From positions 384,001 through 448,000 of the forward strand of contig OY762897.2 in NCBI GenBank assembly GCA_963666515.2: a stretch of DNA of 64,000 nt. Reading direction: 5' to 3'. Below are positions 59,432 through 64,000 of the stretch, piece after piece; position 1 is the stretch's first letter, and every line of letters begins with the position of its first letter. The position numbers and the translations under genes were made by a program. The notes under the pieces are model-generated. The model did not search any database, was not told the origin of the DNA, and saw only the letters and a program-made list of their open reading frames with translations. This DNA comes from Candidatus Binatia bacterium. GTDB taxonomy: Bacteria; Desulfobacterota; Binatia; UBA9968; JAJDTQ01.

Positions 59432-60226
59432 TCACGGCAGCAGAGTGCCGCGCAGGACGGTGACCGCTTGTCCCGACAGCAGGACCCTTTGACCGCGGAC
59501 GGCGACCTTGACGAGGCCGCCGCGTTCCGACACTTGGCGCGCGGTGAAGGTGTCCCGGCCGAGACGGGATTTCCAGTACGGCCCCAGGCAGCAATGGGCC
59601 GACCCGGTAACGGGGTCTTCGTCAATGCCTGTCTTGGGGGCGAAGAAGCGCGACACGAAGTCAATGCCGTTGCTGTCGGCCCGCGCGGTGACGATGAAAC
59701 CGCGTGTCTCAATCTCTCCGAGACGCCGGTAGTCCGGCGTAAGTCGTTGCACGGTGCCCGGCGCGTCGACTTCGACGAGGTAGTCGAAGCGGTTCCGGCC
59801 GACGTAGGCCGGCTCGGCCCCGATGGCAGCGGTTAGTCCGTCGGGAGCGGGAACCGGCTCGGCCGGTTCCGCGGGAAAGTCCATCTCGATCCAGCCGCCG
59901 CGCAGCTTCGCCGACAACCGCCCGGAGCGGGTGTGGAAAACGGCCGGTTCTCCCGGTGGCAGGTGTCCTTCGTCCCAAAGCACATGGGCGCTCGCGAGCG
60001 TGGCGTGGCCGCACAGATCGACCTCGATCACGGGCGTGAACCAGCGCAGGTCGAACTCGCCTGAATCGCGGCGAACCAGGAAAGCGGTTTCCGACACGTT
60101 CATCTCGCGAGCTACCCGTTGCATCCACGCGGCGTCGGCAGGAGCGGACAATAGGCACACGGCAGCGGGGTTGCCGGCGAACGGTTCACCGGTGAAGGCG
60201 TCCACTTGAGTGATGGTCAGGCTCAC
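59432..60226 (-). CDS. PhzF-family isomerase/epimerase
   Basis: QVDAFT..FAGNPAAV, SETAF, EVDLCGHATLA, EDPVTGSA. Confidence 0.93.
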   Translation of the reverse strand: MSLTITQVDAFTGEPFAGNPAAVCLLSAPADAAWMQRVAREMNVSETAFLVRRDSGEFDLRWFTPVIEVDLCGHATLASAHVLWDEGHLPPGEPAVFHTRSGRLSAKLRGGWIEMDFPAEPAEPVPAPDGLTAAIGAEPAYVGRNRFDYLVEVDAPGTVQRLTPDYRRLGEIETRGFIVTARADSNGIDFVSRFFAPKTGIDEDPVTGSAHCCLGPYWKSRLGRDTFTARQVSERGGLVKVAVRGQRVLLSGQAVTVLRGTLLP

Positions 60227-60390
60227 AACGACAGTTCCGGTAACCTGAGCAGTTCGTCCGCCAAGCGAGGCGGTTCAAATTCAACATCTGTTGCCGCAGG
60301 CATCGCGAGCGAGTCGACGATGCTGGCCCGCGTCTCGTCATTCCTCACCTGTTGGTTGAACTCTTTACTGGTCGTGATCTGGGGGTCCAT
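60223..60390 (-). pseudogene. Phd/StbC-like antitoxin with central deletion, no toxin
   Basis: TSKEFNQ N-terminus joined almost directly to SIVDSLAMPAATDVEFEPPRL; AGGAGG RBS; GTGA overlap with phzF. Confidence 0.6.
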
Positions 60391-60546
60391 GTGTCGAGCC
60401 CTCCTCGCAAGTGAACATATTACCACAAACCCCCGGACGAGCCTGATTGACAGACGTGACGGACAGAGATTAACTAACTTCGTTTGCCGGTGCGGCGGCA
60501 ATGGGGCGAAGCAGCCGGCAAGCGCCTCTACGAAGGAAACACATAC

Positions 60547-62298
60547 ATGGCAAGGGTCTCAACCGACAAACGAACGTCCAACACGGCCGAGGACACCCTC
60601 GCGCACAAGAGCCGCGACGAGAACGTCGTCTCCGGCGGTCACCTGGTGGCGGCGGCCCTCAAGAACGAGGGGGTGGACACCATCTTCACCTTGTGCGGCG
60701 GGCATATCATCGACATTTACGACGGCTGCATCGACCACGGCATTCGCGTGGTGGACGTGCGGCACGAGCAGGTGGCGGCGCATGCCGCGGACGGCTACGC
60801 CCGGCAGACGGGTCGCCTCGGGTGCGTGGTGACCACTGCCGGGCCGGGTTTCACCAACGCGTTGACCGGCATCGCTACGGCGTTCCGTTCGGAAAGCCCG
60901 GTGCTCCACATTGGCGGGCAGGGGGCGCTCACCCAGCACAAGATGGGCTCGCTGCAGGACCTGCCGCACGTCGATGTCGCCGCGCCCATCACCAAGTTCT
61001 CGGCCAGCGTGCGTTCCACGGAGCGCATCGCCGACATGGTGGCTATGGCCGCGCGGGAGTGCTTTGCCGGGGCGCCGGGGCCGAGCTACCTGGAGATTCC
61101 ACGGGACGTGCTCGACCGGGAGGTGCCGGCGGACAAGGTGATCGTGCCGAAGGGCGGGCGCTACCGCGCTTCGACCCGCGCCATCGGCGACCCTGCGGAT
61201 GTCGAGAAATTGGCGGAGTTGCTGGTGAAATCCGAGCGTCCCGCGGTGCTGCTGGGCGCCCAGGTTTGGACCTGCCGCGGCCACGAGGCCGCCACCTCGC
61301 TGTTCAAGGCGCTCAACGTGCCCTGTTACATGAACGGCGCGTCCCGCGGCCTGCTGCCCCCCGGCGACCCCCACTACTTCAACCGCACCCGCGGCGACGC
61401 CTTCGGCGAGGCGGACGTCATCGTCATCGTTGGCACGCCCTTCGACTTCCGCATGGGCTACGGGCGGCGGCTGCGCGCCGATGCCACCGTGGTTCACATC
61501 GACATGGACTACCGGACGGTGGCCAAGAACCGCGACGTTTCCCTGGGTTTGGTGGGCGATCCGGGCGCGATCCTCAAGGCGGTGCATGCGGCGGTGGGCG
61601 AACGGCCCGACAACGGCGCCGAGGGCCGCGCCCGCTGGCTCGCGCATCTCCGCGGCCTCGAGAACGAGAGGGCGGCGAAGCTCATGCCGCTTTTCACGTC
61701 CGACGCCAGCCCCATCCACCCCTGGCGGGTCGCCTGGGAGTTGAACGAGTTCCTCACCGAGGACACCATCTACATCGGCGACGGCGGCGACGTCGTGACC
61801 ATCAGCGCCCAGGCGGTGGAGCCCCGGGCTCCCGGCAACTGGATGGACCCCGGCGCCCTCGGCGCGCTGGGCGTGGGCACGGGATTCGCGCTGGCTTCCA
61901 AGCTGGTGCACCCGGAGAAGGAAGTCCTGTGCTACTACGGCGACGGCTCCTTCGGCATGACCGCGTTCGACATGGAGACCGCCAACCGGTTCGGCGCTCC
62001 TTACATCGCGGTCATCGGCAACAACTCGGCCATGAACCAGATCCGTTACGGCCAGCTCTCCAAGTACGGCGAGGAGCGCGGCAACGTCGGCAACCTGCTG
62101 GGCGACGTGCCCTTCTCGAAGTTCGCGGAGATGCTGGGCGGATACGGCGAGGAGGTCACCGACTGCCGTGAGGTCGGGCCGGCGTTGCGCCGCGCGCGCG
62201 AATCGGTGCGAACCTCCGGCAAGTCGGCCGTTGTCAACGTCTGGGTGAACGCGGGGGAATGGGCTCCCGGCACCAAGCGTCAGACCATGTACAAGTAG
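60547..62298 (+). CDS. TPP-dependent enzyme, oxalyl-CoA decarboxylase/2-hydroxyacyl-CoA lyase family
   Basis: VRHEQVAAHAADGYAR, DPGALGALGVG, GDGSFG...NN TPP motif; adjacent to frc. Confidence 0.85.
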   Translation: MARVSTDKRTSNTAEDTLAHKSRDENVVSGGHLVAAALKNEGVDTIFTLCGGHIIDIYDGCIDHGIRVVDVRHEQVAAHAADGYARQTGRLGCVVTTAGPGFTNALTGIATAFRSESPVLHIGGQGALTQHKMGSLQDLPHVDVAAPITKFSASVRSTERIADMVAMAARECFAGAPGPSYLEIPRDVLDREVPADKVIVPKGGRYRASTRAIGDPADVEKLAELLVKSERPAVLLGAQVWTCRGHEAATSLFKALNVPCYMNGASRGLLPPGDPHYFNRTRGDAFGEADVIVIVGTPFDFRMGYGRRLRADATVVHIDMDYRTVAKNRDVSLGLVGDPGAILKAVHAAVGERPDNGAEGRARWLAHLRGLENERAAKLMPLFTSDASPIHPWRVAWELNEFLTEDTIYIGDGGDVVTISAQAVEPRAPGNWMDPGALGALGVGTGFALASKLVHPEKEVLCYYGDGSFGMTAFDMETANRFGAPYIAVIGNNSAMNQIRYGQLSKYGEERGNVGNLLGDVPFSKFAEMLGGYGEEVTDCREVGPALRRARESVRTSGKSAVVNVWVNAGEWAPGTKRQTMYK

Positions 62299-62335
62299 AG
62301 CAGGGCTTCATTCATAGCGGCAACCAGGGAACGAA

Positions 62336-63574
62336 ATGGAAAAGGCACTCTCCGGCATCCGCATCCTCGACATGACCCACGTCCAGGCAGGACCCACTTC
62401 GAGCCAGCTCATGGGCTTTCTGGGCGCCGACGTGATCAAGCTCGAGTCGCCCGCGGGCGACGCCACGCGCAAGCAGCTTTGGGACGTTCCCGACGCGGAC
62501 AGCCTCTACTTCACCATGTTGAACTGCAACAAGCGCTCCATCACGGTGAACCTCAAGAACGCTCGGGGCAAGGAAGTGTTCACCCGGCTGGTGAAGTCCT
62601 GCGACGTGCTGCTGGAGAACTTCGGTCCCGGCGTGCTGGACCGTCTCGGTTTCGGCTGGGAGAAGGTGCACGAGTTGAACCCGCGGATGATCATGGGCTC
62701 CATCAAGGGGTTCGGCAGCGAGGGGCCTTACGCGGCCTTCAAGGCCTACGAGAACGTGGCCCAGGCCATGGGCGGGGCCATGAGCACCAGCGGCATGTTC
62801 GACGGCCCGCCGGTGGTGACCGGCGCGCAGATCGGCGACTCCGGCACCGGCGTGCACCTGCTGGCGGGGATCCTGGCGGCGCTGCTCCAGCGGGAACGCA
62901 CCGGACGCGGCCAGTACGTCGAGTGCGCCATGATGGACTGCGTCATGAACCTCTGCCGGGTGAAGTTCCGCGACCACCAGCGCATCGAGCGCGGCCCGCT
63001 GGCCGAGTACTCGGTGCAGGAGTTCGAGGACTTCACGCCCCGGGCCGGCAACGACTCCGGCGGCGGCCAGCTCGGCAACGCCGTCCCGTGCAAGCCCGGC
63101 GGCGCCAACGACTACCTTTACGTGGTGGTGCAGGAGCACGTGTGGACCGCCCTGGCCAAGCGCATCGGCGGCGAGGCGCTGGCCAACGACCCGCGATTCA
63201 CCGACATCGACGTCCGGCGCGCCAACCAGGCGGAGATGTGGCGCCTGCTGGCGGAGTTCGCCCGGGACTACACCAAGTGGGAGTTGATGGAGATACTCAA
63301 CGATCTCGACGTTCCCTGCGGCCCGATCATGAGCACCAAGGACCTGGCGCACGACGAGCACGTCAAGCTCCGGGAGATGATGGTCGAGGTGGACCATCCC
63401 GAGCGCGGCGCGTGGCACAACGTCGGCTGCCCCATCAAGCTCTCGGACTCGCCGGTGGAGGTCAGGCGCTCGCCGTTGCTGGGCGAGCACACCGAGGAGG
63501 TGCTGAGCGAGGTCCTGGGATACGGCGAGGAGGAGATCGCGCAGCTCAGGAGCGCTGGGGCGTTCACGCGGTAG
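62336..63574 (+). CDS. frc: Formyl-CoA transferase (family III CoA-transferase)
   Basis: DMTHVQAGP, DSLYFTMLNCNKRS, KAYENVAQ, IGDSGTG, PRAGNDSGGGQ. Confidence 0.92.
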   Translation: MEKALSGIRILDMTHVQAGPTSSQLMGFLGADVIKLESPAGDATRKQLWDVPDADSLYFTMLNCNKRSITVNLKNARGKEVFTRLVKSCDVLLENFGPGVLDRLGFGWEKVHELNPRMIMGSIKGFGSEGPYAAFKAYENVAQAMGGAMSTSGMFDGPPVVTGAQIGDSGTGVHLLAGILAALLQRERTGRGQYVECAMMDCVMNLCRVKFRDHQRIERGPLAEYSVQEFEDFTPRAGNDSGGGQLGNAVPCKPGGANDYLYVVVQEHVWTALAKRIGGEALANDPRFTDIDVRRANQAEMWRLLAEFARDYTKWELMEILNDLDVPCGPIMSTKDLAHDEHVKLREMMVEVDHPERGAWHNVGCPIKLSDSPVEVRRSPLLGEHTEEVLSEVLGYGEEEIAQLRSAGAFTR

Positions 63575-63596
63575 CCGTTGCGCTCCTCCGCCACGC

Positions 63597-63624
63597 CTGG
63601 ATTCCGGCTTCCGCCGGAATGACG
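63597..63624 (-). repeat. CGTC-family REP-like palindrome
   Basis: Reverse strand CGTCATTCCGGCGGAAGCCGGAATCCAG, just after the frc stop. Confidence 0.7.
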
Positions 63625-63713
63625 GATTCGGGCATGGCGGCTTGCAGCCGACACACAGGCGTTGAATACAGGACATGGGCCGGGGCGGAGTCTAGGTAAG
63701 GAGGCCGTAAGAC

Positions 63714-64000
63714 ATGCAAGCGGGAACTGATCGGCGGGAGCAAGTCCTCGCGGTCCTGAATGAAGCTAGGTCCGACGGGCGGACCGCGTTGTCGCCGTTG
63801 GAGTGCAGCGCTTTGTTGCGGGCCTACGGCGTTCCGCTGCCGCGAGAAGGCGTGGCGCAGTCGGCGGCGGAGGCCGCGGAACTGGCCGAGGACATTGGCT
63901 TTCCGGTGGTGATGAAGATCGTCTCGGAGGACATCCTGCACAAGACCGAGGCCGGCGGCGTGCGGGTGGGAGTGGCGGATCGGGAGCAGGCGGAGCAGGC
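63714..64000 (+). CDS. Acetate/acyl-CoA ligase (ADP-forming) family, ATP-grasp N-terminus (partial)
   Basis: Manual translation MQAGTD...LLRAYGVPLP...IGFPVVMKIVSEDILHKTEAGGV; AAGGAGG RBS. Confidence 0.85.
   Translation, partial: MQAGTDRREQVLAVLNEARSDGRTALSPLECSALLRAYGVPLPREGVAQSAAEAAELAEDIGFPVVMKIVSEDILHKTEAGGVRVGVADREQAEQ

Noticed and set aside
39320-63941. Many long antisense or alternate-frame ORFs (e.g. 39320-42760, 49058-51571, 60559-61911)
   Set aside because: Expected stop-poor shadows of real genes in high-GC DNA; no recognisable motifs.

Overview
High-GC bacterial chromosome segment. The many LLM, cupin and Bug genes and a eukaryotic-like LRR/FN3 surface protein suggest a deltaproteobacterial/Binatia-like organism, possibly a sponge symbiont (inference only). 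Layout: (1) 1-10 kb: catabolic genes (two LLM oxidoreductases around an atypical alpha/beta hydrolase, membrane LytTR regulator, two bicupins, oligopeptidase B, VOC protein, Bug/TctC binding protein). (2) 10.2-21.3 kb: a ~2,700-aa FN3/LRR/Calx-beta-like autotransporter-type gene split by an IS1380-family element, which is itself split by an intact IS4-family element; both sets of inverted repeats and target duplications are readable. (3) 21.3-23.5 kb: a minus-strand CDGSH - cupin - GST - larE cluster. The GST has an in-frame UGA at its active-site Cys position followed by a SECIS-like hairpin, so it is a probable selenoprotein, and it is translationally coupled to an Fe-S-type LarE. (4) 24-44.7 kb: a class I DISARM locus (drmD, drmMI, drmA, drmB; no drmC) with ~7.8 kb of lower-GC cargo between drmMI and drmA: AbiV-like fusion, ABC ATPase + DUF4276 pair, lipoprotein, frameshifted IrrE/chagasin-like fusion, DUF2513 fusion, Clp-fold protease and several decayed TA/IS remnants. 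(5) 44.8-59.4 kb: complete nuoA-N operon with fused nuoCD. (6) phzF-like gene and an oxc-like - frc - acyl-CoA ligase cluster running off the end. Several REP-like palindromes are scattered through intergenic DNA. No CRISPR array, tRNA or rRNA was seen. All family calls come from motif recognition by eye, not from database searches.
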